Assembly (NCBI GenBank): GCA_031283585.1
Contig: JAITBP010000007.1
Span: 60,001-92,000, forward strand
DNA: 32,000 bases
Reading direction: 5' to 3'
Source: Puniceicoccales bacterium
GTDB lineage: Bacteria > Verrucomicrobiota > Verrucomicrobiia > Opitutales > LL51
Shown here: piece by piece, positions 10,480-22,064 of the stretch
Layout: each line of letters opens with the position of its first letter
How positions within the stretch are numbered: position 1 is the first letter of the stretch
Translations under genes and position numbers: made by a program
The notes under the pieces: generated by a model
Told to the model about the DNA's origin: nothing
The model's input: the letters and a program-made list of their open reading frames with translations, nothing else
The model's database searches: none

Positions 10480-13400
10480 ATGAGTAATCAGGATATAAGA
10501 GAGTTCCTAGGGTTTGAAACCAGTGATAATTTCGACAGTGTTGCGATTTCGATTGCTTCGCCGGATGCCATTCGTTCCTGGTCCCGAGGCGAGGTAAGAA
10601 ACCCAGAGACAATAAATTACAGAACATTTAAGCCGGAACCCGGTGGATTGTTTTGTCAAAGAATATTTGGCCCGATTCGCGACTATGAGTGTGCCTGTGG
10701 TAAATATAAAAGGATAAAATACAAGGGCACGATTTGTGACAGATGTGGCGTTGAAGTAACGGCTTCAAGAACAAGACGTGAGAGAATGGGACACATAGAA
10801 CTTGCAATTCCAGTCTCACACATATGGTTTTTAAAAAGTTTACCCAGCAGGCTCAGTCTATTTCTAGATATGACGGCTCGAGAGTTGGAAAAAGTCATAT
10901 ATTATGAAAATTACATGATCATCGATCCGGGTCTTACGCCGTTGAAAAGGAAGCAGTTAATCAATGAACAGGAATATGGTGAGCTGTGTGCCGAGTATGG
11001 TGATGATGCGTTCGTCGCGAAGATGGGCGCCATTGCTTTGAGAGAAATTCTCTCCGGAATGGATCTGGACGATACGATCTGCAACATTCAGGAGGAAATG
11101 TACAACACAAATTCAAAGCAATTGAAAAAAAGACTTGCCAAGAGGTTAAAACTCATAACTGGTTTCTCCAAATCCGGTTCCCGGCCGGAATGGATGATTT
11201 TAGAGGCGTTGCCAATATTGCCGCCGGATCTGCGGCCGCTGGTGCCACTGGATGGTGGTCGATTTGCAACCAGTGATTTGAATGATCTGTATCGGCGGGT
11301 AATAAATAGAAACAACAGGCTGAAGAGCTTACTGCAATTAAAAACTCCCGATGTGATTGTTCATAATGAGATGCGGATGTTGCAGGAAGCCGTCGATGCT
11401 CTTTTGGACAACGGTCGTCATGGTAAGGCGGTTTTGGGCGCCGGCAATCGTCCGCTTAAGTCGTTGAGTGACATGCTTAAAGGTAAGCAAGGGCGCTTTA
11501 GACAAAATCTACTTGGGAAACGAGTTGACTACAGTGGTCGATCGGTGATCGTCATCGGGCCTGAACTAAAACTCCATCAATGTGGGTTACCGAAAAAAAT
11601 GGCGCTGGTGCTATTTGAACCGTTCATAATCAGGCGTTTAAAAGAATTCGGATTCGTCCATACGGTGCGAAGTGCTAGGAAAATGATAGAAAAACAGTCT
11701 CCTGAGGTGTGGGATATTTTGGAAGAAGTGACTCGAGGTCATCCGATATTGCTGAACCGAGCCCCTACTCTACATCGACTGTCAATTCAGGCTTTTGAAC
11801 CAATACTCATTGAAGGTGAAGCGATTAGACTCCATCCATTGGTATGTGCGCCATTTAATGCGGATTTCGACGGAGATCAGATGGCCGTGCATGTGCCGCT
11901 GTCCATCGAAGCAATTCTGGAATGTAAGTTGCTCATGATGGCACCAAATAACATGTTTTCTCCGTCCAGTGGCAAGCCGATTTTAACACCATCCCAGGAC
12001 ATAATCCTCGGTGTGTATTATCTGACCTATGAACCTAAACTTCCTGAAAATAAAAGGGTTCCATTATTTGGTTGCTATGAAGAGGTCTTATTAGTCAGGT
12101 TGGATGGCAGTATGGCCGTCCACGACTGGGTTGACATACCGAACCCGGATTATAATCGTGCTACGCGCTATGGGGATCCAAAGAAAAAAATAATCAGAAC
12201 AACGGTGGGAAGGGTTTTGTTTAATAGCATTTTTCAGAAAAATCTTGGTTTCGTAAATACTTCTGTCGGAAAAGGTATGCTCGGAGATCTGATAGCGGCA
12301 ACCTATAAAGTTGCCGGACAAAAAGAAGCCATTATCATGCTGGACCGATTGAAAACATTGGGATTTTTAAGCGCCATGCAAGCCGGTTTATCCATCGGCA
12401 TCGATGACATGATTGTTCCGGATAAAAAGGCTTTAACTATCTCAAATGCAAGGGCTAAGGTAGCAGAAGTAGATAGCCAATTTAGAAAAGGAATCATCAC
12501 CGTTGGCGAAAGGTCGAACAAGATAATCGACATTTGGACCAGCACCACCGATGAAATCTCGAATATGGTTTTTAAAAGTTTGCAGGAAAATGATGGTAAA
12601 GATTTTATAAATCCAATCTACCTGATGATGGACTCGGGCGCGAGAGGTAACAGACAGCAGGTCAGACAGTTATGTGGCATGCGCGGACTCATGGCCAAAC
12701 CGTCCGGTGAGATTATAGAGCAGCCAATTCTATCCTCTTTTCGAGAGGGGCTTTCGGTGTTAGAGTACTTCATTTCAACGCATGGAGCACGTAAGGGATT
12801 GGCTGATACAGCGTTAAAAACCGCCGATGCTGGGTATCTTACCCGTAAGTTATGTGATGTGGCCATGGATTGCATAATCAGTTGCTACGATGATGACATT
12901 CGTCATGGCGTATGGAAACAGGCGATTTTGGACGGCGAAGACGAGGTTGTAAGCCTTAAGGAACGCATAGTTGGCCGATGTTCCGCCGATGATATTCACA
13001 ATCCACTTAATCCCGATGAGATAATAATTCACTCCACCGGATTGATTACAGCCGACGTGGCCAAGATAATTGATGACTGTGGGATAGAACGAGTTAAGGT
13101 TTTATCGCCGTTGACAAGCATGCGAAGAAATGGCATTTCAGCCCTCTCCTACGGCATAGATCCGGCGACGAATAGCATGGTAAAATGTGGTTCGGCGGTG
13201 GGCATAATCGCTGCCCAGTCGATCGGTGAACCGGGTACCCAACTTACGATGCAGACATTTCACGTGGGCGGTGTTGCGAGGCAAATGCTTAAGGCATCGG
13301 AACTTAGAGCTCACGATGATGGTATTGTAAAATATATCGATGCCAGGTTGGTGAAAACCGCCGACGGGGCAAGCATCGTCCTAAACAAGTCTGGCTATCT

Positions 13401-14631
13401 ATCTTTACAGAGCAAAGATGGCCACGAAATCGAAAAATATAGCATAGTTCATGGAGCCGTTTTAACCGTTGGCGATGGGACTCATGTAAAAAAAGGTCAA
13501 CTGCTGGCCGTGTGGGATCCGCACAATGTTCCAATCATGTCCGAATGTTCAGGTAGGATTCGGTTTCGTGATATGATTCAAGGGGTTACAATACGCCGAG
13601 ATATAGATGAAATCAGTGGCAAAATAACGACGATTGTCATTGAGCATAAAGAAGATCTTAATCCTGTCATCGATGTTTTGGATGATCTGGACAACGGCGT
13701 TGAGTCGCCAAAAGTAATTGCTTCCTACGCGATTCCGACTGGAGCTCAAGTTATTGTGGATGATGAGAATATGATTTCGGCCGGTGCTCTATTGGCCAAA
13801 ACGCCGAGATCTGCCTCAAAGACCCATGACATCACCGGCGGATTGCCGCGGGTGGCAGAACTATTTGAGGCACGGAGACCTAAGGAAGCCGCTGAGATGG
13901 CCAAAATAGACGGCATTGTGTCATTTGGAGGTACCGTTAGAAATAAAAAGAGGATCTGGATCACCGACGCCGAAGCCGGCAGAAGAGAAGAACATCTAAT
14001 TCCTCATGGAACGCAAATCATTGTCCATGAAGGAGATTTTGTTAGTCGAGGTCAGTATCTCACCGGAGGATCGGCCGATCCTCACGAGGTACTTGAGATT
14101 CTTGGAGTTTCCAGCGTCCAGGAATATCTGATCGCTGAAATTCAAAAAGTCTATAGGATGCAAGGAGTTACAATCAACGATAAGCATGTGGAACTCATCA
14201 TCGCGAGGATGCTAAGAAAGGTTCGAATTACAAATCCAGGAGATTCTGACTTTTTCTGGGGCGAACAGATTGATAAAGATGAGTTTATGGAACGGAATAA
14301 CGAAATAATCGAGGCCGGTGGTAAACCCGCCGAAGCCGATCCGGTTTTGCTAGGTGTAACGAAAGCTTCTTTGGAAACCGAAAGCTTCATTTCGGCCGCA
14401 TCATTCCAGGAAACCACAAGGGTTTTGACCGACGCCGCCACTCTATGTAAAATCGATGAGCTGAAAGGGTTTAAGGAAAATGTCATAATGGGCCATTTAA
14501 TCCCGGCCGGCACAGGATTACCAAAATATAGGAAGTTGAAGATAAATTACTTAGATAACAGTCAGTCCAATATGAAAGACTACGATCATGTATCCAATGT
14601 GACCGAGGCATTGACCGAAAGCCATGGGTAA
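10480..14631 (+). CDS. rpoC: DNA-directed RNA polymerase beta' subunit
   Basis: Zn-finger CACGKYK...CDRCGVEV, catalytic [12 protein letters not shown], and bridge-helix/trigger-loop regions ([23 protein letters not shown]). The track start at 10477 is a TTG directly before the ATG at 10480. Confidence 0.98.
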   Translation: MSNQDIREFLGFETSDNFDSVAISIASPDAIRSWSRGEVRNPETINYRTFKPEPGGLFCQRIFGPIRDYECACGKYKRIKYKGTICDRCGVEVTASRTRRERMGHIELAIPVSHIWFLKSLPSRLSLFLDMTARELEKVIYYENYMIIDPGLTPLKRKQLINEQEYGELCAEYGDDAFVAKMGAIALREILSGMDLDDTICNIQEEMYNTNSKQLKKRLAKRLKLITGFSKSGSRPEWMILEALPILPPDLRPLVPLDGGRFATSDLNDLYRRVINRNNRLKSLLQLKTPDVIVHNEMRMLQEAVDALLDNGRHGKAVLGAGNRPLKSLSDMLKGKQGRFRQNLLGKRVDYSGRSVIVIGPELKLHQCGLPKKMALVLFEPFIIRRLKEFGFVHTVRSARKMIEKQSPEVWDILEEVTRGHPILLNRAPTLHRLSIQAFEPILIEGEAIRLHPLVCAPFNADFDGDQMAVHVPLSIEAILECKLLMMAPNNMFSPSSGKPILTPSQDIILGVYYLTYEPKLPENKRVPLFGCYEEVLLVRLDGSMAVHDWVDIPNPDYNRATRYGDPKKKIIRTTVGRVLFNSIFQKNLGFVNTSVGKGMLGDLIAATYKVAGQKEAIIMLDRLKTLGFLSAMQAGLSIGIDDMIVPDKKALTISNARAKVAEVDSQFRKGIITVGERSNKIIDIWTSTTDEISNMVFKSLQENDGKDFINPIYLMMDSGARGNRQQVRQLCGMRGLMAKPSGEIIEQPILSSFREGLSVLEYFISTHGARKGLADTALKTADAGYLTRKLCDVAMDCIISCYDDDIRHGVWKQAILDGEDEVVSLKERIVGRCSADDIHNPLNPDEIIIHSTGLITADVAKIIDDCGIERVKVLSPLTSMRRNGISALSYGIDPATNSMVKCGSAVGIIAAQSIGEPGTQLTMQTFHVGGVARQMLKASELRAHDDGIVKYIDARLVKTADGASIVLNKSGYLSLQSKDGHEIEKYSIVHGAVLTVGDGTHVKKGQLLAVWDPHNVPIMSECSGRIRFRDMIQGVTIRRDIDEISGKITTIVIEHKEDLNPVIDVLDDLDNGVESPKVIASYAIPTGAQVIVDDENMISAGALLAKTPRSASKTHDITGGLPRVAELFEARRPKEAAEMAKIDGIVSFGGTVRNKKRIWITDAEAGRREEHLIPHGTQIIVHEGDFVSRGQYLTGGSADPHEVLEILGVSSVQEYLIAEIQKVYRMQGVTINDKHVELIIARMLRKVRITNPGDSDFFWGEQIDKDEFMERNNEIIEAGGKPAEADPVLLGVTKASLETESFISAASFQETTRVLTDAATLCKIDELKGFKENVIMGHLIPAGTGLPKYRKLKINYLDNSQSNMKDYDHVSNVTEALTESHG

Positions 14632-14666
14632 TTTTATTTAATTATGTAATTTTCATAAATAAATGC

Positions 14667-14695
14667 TTGATTTCGCGAAAATTTTTGGTTCTACT
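14667..14695 (+). promoter_or_regulatory. Weak candidate promoter upstream of rpsL
   Basis: TTGATT (14667..14672), a 17-nt spacer, then TCTACT (14690..14695), within the 109-bp A/T-rich rpoC-rpsL spacer. The -10 match is only 4/6. Confidence 0.15.
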
Positions 14696-14740
14696 TTTAA
14701 ACAGATTTGTTTTAAAATAAAATAATAAATTAATATTTTG

Positions 14741-15124
14741 ATGCCTACAATTAATCAGTTAATAAGCAGACCTAGGGTTAGCAATTTGGTGAAGTCCAAA
14801 GCGCCGGCATTGAGGAGTAATCCGTTTCGTCGAGGAGTTTGTATTCAGGTCATGACGCGGACACCCAAAAAACCGAACTCGGCCATACGAAAAGTTGCTA
14901 AGGTTCGCTTGACCAACCGGATGGAAGTGATTGCCTATATTCCTGATGAGGGGCATAGTTTACAGGAACACAGTGTGGTTCTTGTTCGTGGTGGTCGGGT
15001 TAAGGATCTTCCCGGCGTTAGGTATCATATTGTTAGAGGAACTCTTGATTGTACGGGAGTTGAGAAACGTCGTCGCAGCAGATCCAAATATGGAGTAAAG
15101 CGACCGAAGGCTAGTAAAAAATAA
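14741..15124 (+). CDS. rpsL: 30S ribosomal protein S12
   Basis: PTINQLI..., [14 protein letters not shown] and [14 protein letters not shown] are S12 signatures. The streptomycin-relevant Lys residues are wild-type. Confidence 0.98.
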   Translation: MPTINQLISRPRVSNLVKSKAPALRSNPFRRGVCIQVMTRTPKKPNSAIRKVAKVRLTNRMEVIAYIPDEGHSLQEHSVVLVRGGRVKDLPGVRYHIVRGTLDCTGVEKRRRSRSKYGVKRPKASKK

Positions 15125-15140
15125 AGAGGATTGAGCAGAT

Positions 15141-15614
15141 ATGTCACGGCGGAGAAGAGCAGAGAAGCGAGAATTGGCAAAAGATCCTAGATTCGGCAGT
15201 CAGTTGATTGGGCAGCTGGTCAATATAGTGATGGAGCGCGGTAAAAAATCGTTGGCCTGTTCCATTGTGTATGGTGCAATAGAGTATGCCAGTGAACAAC
15301 TTAGCAAAGGCGACCCGATAGAATTATTGATGGGTGCCATAGAAAATGCCAGACCAAAGTTGGAGGTAAAAAGTCGTCGAGTTGGTGGAGCCACCTATCA
15401 GGTTCCGATAGAAGTTCCCTACGTTCGGCAGCAAAGTTTGGTATTTAGATGGATGGTTCAGATGGCGAAGGACAGAAAAGGTCAATGTATGCGCAATGCC
15501 CTTGGGCAGGAAATAGTTGATGCATATAATAATACTGGTGCTGTGGTTAAAAAGAAAACCGAGATGCATAAAATGGCCCAGGCAAATCGGGCCTTTGCCC
15601 ACTTGGTTTGGTAA
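15141..15614 (+). CDS. rpsG: 30S ribosomal protein S7
   Basis: The motifs GKKS.A..IVY.A, VEVKSRRVGGATYQVP.EV and AHLVW at the C-terminus are typical of S7. Confidence 0.97.
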   Translation: MSRRRRAEKRELAKDPRFGSQLIGQLVNIVMERGKKSLACSIVYGAIEYASEQLSKGDPIELLMGAIENARPKLEVKSRRVGGATYQVPIEVPYVRQQSLVFRWMVQMAKDRKGQCMRNALGQEIVDAYNNTGAVVKKKTEMHKMAQANRAFAHLVW

Positions 15615-15633
15615 AAGCTAATGTTTTTATGTT

Positions 15634-17880
15634 ATGTATATCGCTAACAAGAAAATTTCATCGGTAAATTCCCCGGACCGGGATACACCATTGGAGTATA
15701 CGCGGAATATCGGCATAGCTGCTCACATAGACGCTGGCAAAACCACTACCACCGAAAGGATATTATATTATACCGGGGTGGTCCACAAAATGGGCGAAGT
15801 TCACGATGGCACCGCGGTCACCGATTGGATGGAGCAAGAAAGAGAGCGTGGAATAACAATAACATCGGCGGCAATAAGTTGTTCATGGAAAACAAATGAC
15901 GGTAATTTTTCTGGGATAAAACACAAAATAAACATCATCGACACACCTGGTCATGTGGATTTCACAGCTGAAGTCGAAAGATCCCTTAGGGTTCTTGATG
16001 GAGCGGTGGCAGTGTTTTGTGCCGTTGCTGGTGTTCAACCGCAATCAGAAACCGTTTGGCGTCAAATGGATAAGTACAAGGTTCCGAGAATAGCGTTTAT
16101 AAACAAAATGGATCGAACCGGGGCGGATTTCCTCGGTGCAATCGATGATATAAGGGAAAAACTTGGAGGCAACGCCTACCCGTTGTATCTGAATCTTGGT
16201 GAAGAAGACAGTTTTTGTGGTCTCATAGATCTTATAAAGATGAAAGCCTATTTGTATGATGAAACAGATGAGCTTGGAACAAAGTATGATACGATCGATA
16301 TACCGGCTGAGTATTTGGCTGAAGCTAGGAAACATCGAGAGGCATTGATCGAGGCCGTGGCTGATTACGATGATGATCTTGCAGAGAAGTATTTGGACGG
16401 CAAAGAGTTATCCGTTGACGAGATTCGCGCTGCCGTAAGAAAAGCTACTCTATCGATGAATTTCATAGGTGTAATACCAGGGAGTTCATTTAAGAAAAAA
16501 GGCGTACAATTCCTTCTTGATTCGGTGGTTGAGTATTTGCCATCTCCTCTGGATCTGCCACCGATGAAGGCGTTCAAAGATGATGATTGTGAGAAGACCG
16601 AAATTGTTCCCAATGATAGTACAAACATCGCTGTAAAGACCGAAATTGTTTCCAATGATAGTGCAAACATCGCTGTAAAAACCGAAATTGTTCCCAATGA
16701 TAGTGCAAACATCGCTGTATTGGCTTTTAAATTGATGTCGGACCCCTATGTGGGAAAATTGGTTTTTTGTCGAGTTTATTCAGGTCAGCTCAAAAAAGGC
16801 AGCAGTGTTTATAATCCACGGACTAGGAAAACCGAAAGAATTAGTCGGTTGATGGTGATGAAAGCCGATTCCCGGGAAGACATAGCCGTTGCCTACTCGG
16901 GCGATATTTGTGCTATCGTAGGAATCAGGGACATAGTGACCGGCGATACTCTATGCATTCGGGAATCTGAAATTATTCTGGAGCCACCCACATTTCCCGA
17001 GCCAGTTATAAGTATGTCCATTGAACCGAAGGCGAAAGATGACCGAGAAAAATTATCTTCAGCGCTGCAAAGTTTGTCCGAGGAAGATCCAACTTTCAAG
17101 GTTTCCACAAATATTGAAACCGGGCAGACGATCATAGCAGGCATGGGCGAGTTACACTTAGAGATAATATTGGATAGGTTGTCGAGGGAATTCGGTGTTC
17201 ATGTGAATTCTGGTAAGCCTCAAATTGCGTACAAGGAAACGATTATTGCCGAGGCCGTTGGTGAAGGAAAATTTATAAGGCAATCCGGTGGTCGTGGTCA
17301 ATATGGCCATGCGATTGTAAAAATTGAACCGAGTACGAGAGGTGAAGGCATTGAAGTTATCAATGAAATAGTTGGTGGCGTCATTCCAAAAGAATATATA
17401 AAACCAACCCAGGATGGCATAATGGAAGGAGCTAGAAATGGGGTGGTAGCTGGGTATCCGGTGATAGATTTTAGGGCAAGGATAATAGATGGTAGTTTTC
17501 ACGAAGTTGATTCTTCTGAAATGGCATTTAGAATGGCTGGAATTTTTGCTTTTAAAGAAGCAATGAGAAAAGCATTGCCGATATTGCTTGAACCGATAAT
17601 GAAAGTTGAAATATCGACTCCAAATGAGTATCAAGGCGATATAATTGGTGATATAAATCGGCGTCGTGGTCAGATTCAGAGCACTGAGTTGAATGGATCG
17701 TTTGCGAATGTGATAGCCTTTGTTCCGCTGGAGACCATGTTTGGCTATGCAACCGATGTTCGTTCTATAACTAAAGGCCGTGCAAGTTATTCGATGACGC
17801 CATCCCATTTCGAACAGGTTCCTGCAAATTCGCTTCAACAGATAGTTGAAAATTCCGTGCGTGCAGTGGCACGTGCCTGA
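15634..17880 (+). CDS. fusA: Translation elongation factor G (748 aa)
   Basis: [42 protein letters not shown]...DPYVGKL.F.RVYSG and HLEI..DRL motifs. It contains a 3 x 14-aa tandem repeat (see finding). It is followed directly by rpsJ, with no tuf copy in between. Confidence 0.97.
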   Translation: MYIANKKISSVNSPDRDTPLEYTRNIGIAAHIDAGKTTTTERILYYTGVVHKMGEVHDGTAVTDWMEQERERGITITSAAISCSWKTNDGNFSGIKHKINIIDTPGHVDFTAEVERSLRVLDGAVAVFCAVAGVQPQSETVWRQMDKYKVPRIAFINKMDRTGADFLGAIDDIREKLGGNAYPLYLNLGEEDSFCGLIDLIKMKAYLYDETDELGTKYDTIDIPAEYLAEARKHREALIEAVADYDDDLAEKYLDGKELSVDEIRAAVRKATLSMNFIGVIPGSSFKKKGVQFLLDSVVEYLPSPLDLPPMKAFKDDDCEKTEIVPNDSTNIAVKTEIVSNDSANIAVKTEIVPNDSANIAVLAFKLMSDPYVGKLVFCRVYSGQLKKGSSVYNPRTRKTERISRLMVMKADSREDIAVAYSGDICAIVGIRDIVTGDTLCIRESEIILEPPTFPEPVISMSIEPKAKDDREKLSSALQSLSEEDPTFKVSTNIETGQTIIAGMGELHLEIILDRLSREFGVHVNSGKPQIAYKETIIAEAVGEGKFIRQSGGRGQYGHAIVKIEPSTRGEGIEVINEIVGGVIPKEYIKPTQDGIMEGARNGVVAGYPVIDFRARIIDGSFHEVDSSEMAFRMAGIFAFKEAMRKALPILLEPIMKVEISTPNEYQGDIIGDINRRRGQIQSTELNGSFANVIAFVPLETMFGYATDVRSITKGRASYSMTPSHFEQVPANSLQQIVENSVRAVARA
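16594..16719 (+). repeat. In-frame 42-nt tandem repeat, three copies, inside fusA
   Basis: The unit is AAG ACC GAA ATT GTT CCC AAT GAT AGT ACA AAC ATC GCT GTA. Copies start at 16594, 16636 and 16678. Each pair of copies differs at 2 of 42 positions. Confidence 0.95.
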
Positions 17881-17889
17881 GGAGATTTT

Positions 17890-18201
17890 ATGACTTATAA
17901 AAATAAAATTAGAATTAGATTGAAAAGTTTTGATAGTGGATTGATTGATAAGTCGTCAGCTGGTATTGCTGACACTGCCAAGCGATCCGGTGTAAAAGTT
18001 GTTGGGCCCCTTCCGTTACCTAATAAAAAGGAAATATTTACGGTTAATAGAAGCCCTCATAAGGATAAAAAATCGATGGACCAGTATGAGTTACGTACCC
18101 ATGATAGGATGATTGAAATTCACGATCCGACAGTTGATACGATAGAATCGTTAAAAAAATTGAATCTGCCGGCGGGTGTTGAAATAAGTATAAATGCGTA
18201 G
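17890..18201 (+). CDS. rpsJ: 30S ribosomal protein S10
   Basis: IRIRLKSFD...LD and GP.PLP......TV.RSPH.DKKS..Q.E.RTH.R.I.I motifs. GAGGAG Shine-Dalgarno upstream. Confidence 0.97.
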   Translation: MTYKNKIRIRLKSFDSGLIDKSSAGIADTAKRSGVKVVGPLPLPNKKEIFTVNRSPHKDKKSMDQYELRTHDRMIEIHDPTVDTIESLKKLNLPAGVEISINA

Positions 18202-18296
18202 AATGAAGGCAGTGTTTTTATTTTCTTGACAATTTGATATTTGTTAAAAGAAGTGTGTTGAAAACTAATGTAAGTTGTTGCTTACCGCTTAGAACA

Positions 18297-18950
18297 ATGA
18301 AAGATAGGACATTAATTTTAGGCAAAAAGATTGGAATGACCCAGGTGTTCATCGAATCCGGTGAGCTTGTGCCGGTAACGGTTATTCAAACTGGGCCATG
18401 TTTTGTAAGTCAGGTAAAAACCGAAGCAGTCGATGGATATTGTGGCGTACAGATTGCTTTTGGGCAAAAAAAATCGTCGAGAATCAAAAAACCATTGGCT
18501 GGGCATTTTGCCAAAAATAATTTAAAGGTCGGCGCCGATATTTGCGAATTCAGAACCGATGGTGATTCAGTCTATAAGGCCGGTGATATAATAGATTTGT
18601 CGATTTTTTCCAAGGGTGAAAAAATTGATGTCATAGGAACTTCGAAAGGCCGTGGCTTTCAAGGAGTTATGAAACGGTATGGGTTTGCCGGAGGACCAGC
18701 ATCTCATGGATCCATGTTTCACAGACGCGGTGGGTCCTATGGTCAACGGCAATGGCCCGGTCATGTGTACAAAGGGCGGAAGATGCCTGGGCATACCGGC
18801 TGTGATAGAGTAACAATTCAAAACCTAGAAGTCGTTGATTTACATCAAGATCGTGGTATTATTGTATTAAAAGGCGGTGTTCCGGGACCCAATGGTGGGT
18901 TGATCACTCTACGCAAGGCACAAAAGGCAAAATGTGTCGGAAAAAGTTGA
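18297..18950 (+). CDS. rplC: 50S ribosomal protein L3
   Basis: GKKIGMTQVF...G...PVTVI and KG.GFQGVMKR.GF.GG.ASHGS motifs. The track TTG start at 18234 adds 21 non-conserved residues, so the ATG at 18297 is preferred. Confidence 0.95.
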   Translation: MKDRTLILGKKIGMTQVFIESGELVPVTVIQTGPCFVSQVKTEAVDGYCGVQIAFGQKKSSRIKKPLAGHFAKNNLKVGADICEFRTDGDSVYKAGDIIDLSIFSKGEKIDVIGTSKGRGFQGVMKRYGFAGGPASHGSMFHRRGGSYGQRQWPGHVYKGRKMPGHTGCDRVTIQNLEVVDLHQDRGIIVLKGGVPGPNGGLITLRKAQKAKCVGKS

Positions 18951-18963
18951 GGGCGTTATTGAT

Positions 18964-19596
18964 ATGAAATTGAGAATTTATAATTCTTCGGGTGAATTGT
19001 CCAATGAAAAGGAAGTGTCTGTATTGGCATCATTTGATAGCGGACGTGGTGCCAAAGCGGTGAAGTTTGTGGTGGATGTGTTATTGTCAAATCTGAGGCA
19101 AGGTAATGCTTCGACCAAAACACATTCAGATGTAAGTGGCAGTGGCAAAAAGCCTTACAGGCAAAAAGGTACCGGTAATGCCAGGCATGGTTCGATTAGA
19201 AGTCCCCTGTGGAGTGGCGGTGGCGTGGTGTTTGGACCTCATCCGCGCAGCTATTATGGAAAAATAAATAAAAAGGTAAAAAGATTGGCACTGGGTCGTG
19301 CGATGTATGATGACATATTATCATCTGAACTGTATGCAATAGAAGCACTTCCGAAACTAGGTGTGAAGTCCAAATCATTGGTTGGATTTATGAACAAAAT
19401 CTATCCTTCGGAACAGGAAAAAATTCTTGTCATAGATACGAAATTTAGTAATGAATTCGTTCTTGCGGCACGTAATTGTAGTCGAATATATACCGTGGAT
19501 GCAGCTTCCGTAAATGCCTTAGATCTAATACGATATGATCGTTATCTGGTTTCAGAAGCGGCTTTCGATGTGTTAATAAATAGGATAGGAATGTAG
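18964..19596 (+). CDS. rplD: 50S ribosomal protein L4
   Basis: RQG.ASTK....V.GSGKKPYRQKGTG.AR.GS.RSP.W.GGGVVFGP motif. The track GTG start at 18934 overlaps rplC, so the ATG at 18964 is preferred. Confidence 0.95.
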   Translation: MKLRIYNSSGELSNEKEVSVLASFDSGRGAKAVKFVVDVLLSNLRQGNASTKTHSDVSGSGKKPYRQKGTGNARHGSIRSPLWSGGGVVFGPHPRSYYGKINKKVKRLALGRAMYDDILSSELYAIEALPKLGVKSKSLVGFMNKIYPSEQEKILVIDTKFSNEFVLAARNCSRIYTVDAASVNALDLIRYDRYLVSEAAFDVLINRIGM

Positions 19597-19602
19597 GTAA
19601 TT

Positions 19603-19893
19603 ATGGTTTTTGTAGATAAAATTTTAACCCGGATTTATTACACAGAAAAATTTACGGCCATATCTGCGGCGTTAAATAAGTATACTTTCGAAGTTCATCA
19701 AAATGCTACCAAGAAGCTTGTGAGTGATGCTGTGGAGCAAGCCTTTGGTGTAGAGGTGATTAGTGTCAATATGATTGTTCGAGCTGGCAAATTGAAACGT
19801 GATAAATCACAGCGAGGTCGTTATGGCAGAACCAGTTGCAGGAAACTGGCGGTGGTTGGTATTAGAAAGGACCAAAAAATAGAAATTGTTTGA
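19603..19893 (+). CDS. rplW: 50S ribosomal protein L23
   Basis: 96 aa, in the slot between L4 and L2. YTFEVH..ATK..V..AVE..FGV.V..VN is L23-like. Confidence 0.93.
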   Translation: MVFVDKILTRIYYTEKFTAISAALNKYTFEVHQNATKKLVSDAVEQAFGVEVISVNMIVRAGKLKRDKSQRGRYGRTSCRKLAVVGIRKDQKIEIV

Positions 19894-19911
19894 TTTTAAA
19901 ATTTTTGATAA

Positions 19912-20760
19912 ATGAGTATTATTCAGCATAATCCGGTGACACCAGGTCAAAGATTTTTGTCTTTAAGTAGGCGTAGGTTGCACAAAAATGACCCTGAGCG
20001 TAGTCTTGTTAGGAGTAAAATTCGCGGCAGTGGCAGAAATTGTTACGGAAGAATAACTTCTCGGCGTAAAGGTGGTGGACATAAAAAACTTTACAGAGTC
20101 ATTGATTTTAAAAGAGATAAGTTTAATGTGCCGGGGACAATTTCTCGTGTAGAGTATGACCCAAATCGGTCGGCTGATATTGCTTTAGTTGCTTATCGTG
20201 ATGGTGAAAAACGCTATATTTTATGTCCGCGCGAGTTAGGCGTTGGAAGCACGGTGGTCAGTTTGAATTCACCCACGGATAATTTTAGTGTTGGTATCTC
20301 ATTGCCATTGAATATGATGCCGCTTGGCATTCCGATTCATTGTATTGAGTTACATCCGGGTTGTGGAGCGGCTTTGGCCCGGGGCGCAGGTGTTTGTGCC
20401 ACACTCGTTGCTTTGGATGGTAAATTTGCGACAATAAAAATGCCAAGTGGAGAAATTCGATTGTTGAACCCAAAATGTCGAGCAACCATAGGCGAAGTTG
20501 GTAATAATGAGCATCTTAAGCAATCTTTAGGCAAGGCTGGAAGGAATCGTTGGCTTGGACGTAGGCCAAGGGTTCGCGGAGTTGCGATGAATCCCGTCGA
20601 TCATCCGATGGGAGGCGGTGAAGGTCGTTCATCCGGTGGACGGCATCCAACTTCACCCTGGGCTCAATTGGCAAAAGGGTTGCCGACGAGGAAAAAATCG
20701 AAGCCGACCAATGCTATGATTATCGTTCGGCGTAATGGTAGAAAGGTGAAAAAAGGTTAA
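19912..20760 (+). CDS. rplB: 50S ribosomal protein L2
   Basis: The motifs [37 protein letters not shown]-type ([35 protein letters not shown]) are typical of L2. Confidence 0.98.
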   Translation: MSIIQHNPVTPGQRFLSLSRRRLHKNDPERSLVRSKIRGSGRNCYGRITSRRKGGGHKKLYRVIDFKRDKFNVPGTISRVEYDPNRSADIALVAYRDGEKRYILCPRELGVGSTVVSLNSPTDNFSVGISLPLNMMPLGIPIHCIELHPGCGAALARGAGVCATLVALDGKFATIKMPSGEIRLLNPKCRATIGEVGNNEHLKQSLGKAGRNRWLGRRPRVRGVAMNPVDHPMGGGEGRSSGGRHPTSPWAQLAKGLPTRKKSKPTNAMIIVRRNGRKVKKG

Positions 20761-20764
20761 TTTT

Positions 20765-21034
20765 ATGGCACGTTCTTCTAAAAAAGGTTTTTATGTCGAA
20801 CCAAGTTTGTTAGATCTGGTTGATCTTGCGGTTAGTTCAGATAACAGAAAGCCGATTAAAACCTGGTCCCGGCGGTCTACCATTACGCCCGATTTTGTTG
20901 GTCTTAATTTTCAAGTTCACAATGGCAAAATTTTTACCGATGTTCATGTGACAGAAAATATGGTCGGTCATAAACTTGGCGAGTTCTCCTTTACTCGTAC
21001 ATTTAAAACACATAATCCACATACTCAAAAATAA
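20765..21034 (+). CDS. rpsS: 30S ribosomal protein S19
   Basis: The sequence [29 protein letters not shown] and GHKLGEF..TRTFK..H matches S19. Confidence 0.97.
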   Translation: MARSSKKGFYVEPSLLDLVDLAVSSDNRKPIKTWSRRSTITPDFVGLNFQVHNGKIFTDVHVTENMVGHKLGEFSFTRTFKTHNPHTQK

Positions 21035-21063
21035 AGTAAAATAAAATAGTTAATTGGTTTGAC

Positions 21064-21417
21064 ATGGAAATAAAATCTGTAACAAAATATGCAAGAATGT
21101 CGCCGAAGAAGGTGCATATGGTTGCTCGTTCTGTGGTAGGGATGCACGCCGAAAGGGCGTTGCAGCTGCTTAGGCTTGTGAATAAAAAGTCCGCCGGTCT
21201 TGTGGCAAAGACCCTCGCCAGCGCGATTGCCAATGCGAATTGTAAAAACGTTGATTCTGATTCACTTTATGTCAAGGATGCTGTTGCTGAGCAAGGGATT
21301 ATGTTTCATAGATTTGTTCCAGCGTCTCGAGGTTCAGCTCATTCAATAAGGAAACGAACAAGTCATATAAAGGTGACTCTTATCGGTAATTTAAAAAACA
21401 GTAATAATGTTAAATAG
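21064..21417 (+). CDS. rplV: 50S ribosomal protein L22
   Basis: ARMSPKKV..VAR.V.G..A..AL..L and the SA..NA motif, with FHRF.PASRG.A..I.KRTSHI.V near the C-terminus. Confidence 0.96.
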   Translation: MEIKSVTKYARMSPKKVHMVARSVVGMHAERALQLLRLVNKKSAGLVAKTLASAIANANCKNVDSDSLYVKDAVAEQGIMFHRFVPASRGSAHSIRKRTSHIKVTLIGNLKNSNNVK

Positions 21418-21419
21418 CT

Positions 21420-22052
21420 ATGGGACAAAAGGTTAATCCAATTGGTTTGCGTTTATGTGTCAGAAAGAATTGGAGTTCGCATTGGTATGCGACCAAAAAG
21501 GATTTTCCGACCTTATTACATGAAGATTTCAGGATAAGATCATTTCTTAAGGAAAAACTTGGACCGGCGGCCTGTTCACAGATAACCATAGAGCGGGCCG
21601 GAAATCGTGTGCGAGTTAAAATATCTACGCCGAGGCCTGGCATTGTAATTGGAAGGAAAGGGCAGGAACTTGATCGACTGTGCGATGATTTGAAGGCCCT
21701 GGCTGGGAAAGATGTAATTGTTGATATTCAAGAAATTAAGAAACCTGATCTGGTGGCCCAATTGGTAACGGAAAATATTGCAATTCAGCTAGAGCGAAGG
21801 GTGTCATTTCGAAGGGCAATGAAAAAAGCGATTCAGGCTGCAATCAGCCTAGGTGCTCATGGAATTAGGCTTCAATGTGCCGGACGATTAGGCGGCGCAG
21901 AGATAGCAAGAACCGAATCGCAAAGAGCCGGACGTGTTCCATTGCACACACTTAAGGAAAATATAGATTACGGTTTTTCTGAAGCCGGAACGGTTTACGG
22001 TAAAGTAGGAATTAAATGTTGGATCTGTCGTGATGAGGGATTGAAAGTATAG
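21420..22052 (+). CDS. rpsC: 30S ribosomal protein S3
   Basis: The sequence MGQKVNPIGLRL.....W.S.WYA, a KH domain (I.IER....V.V.I.T.RPGIVIG.KG), and GRLGGAEIAR.E....GRVPLHTL match S3. Confidence 0.98.
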   Translation: MGQKVNPIGLRLCVRKNWSSHWYATKKDFPTLLHEDFRIRSFLKEKLGPAACSQITIERAGNRVRVKISTPRPGIVIGRKGQELDRLCDDLKALAGKDVIVDIQEIKKPDLVAQLVTENIAIQLERRVSFRRAMKKAIQAAISLGAHGIRLQCAGRLGGAEIARTESQRAGRVPLHTLKENIDYGFSEAGTVYGKVGIKCWICRDEGLKV

Positions 22053-22064
22053 AAGTTATAGCAA

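Noticed and set aside
17158-17838. A 226-aa ORF on the minus strand inside fusA. The many other 60-170-aa minus-strand ORFs in the track fall in the same category.
   Set aside because: All of them lie antisense to conserved ribosomal, RNAP or elongation-factor genes. None has a start context or motifs, and there is no intergenic space left for them. The repeat seen in the minus ORF 16365..16712 is simply the reverse complement of the fusA tandem repeat.
18202-18296. An unusually long 95-bp rpsJ-rplC spacer containing a perfect TTGACA (18226..18231) and a small hairpin GTAAG-N6-CTTAC
   Set aside because: No acceptable -10 element lies at 16-19 nt spacing. The hairpin has only 5 bp and no U-tract. 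It may merely reflect start-codon uncertainty for rplC.
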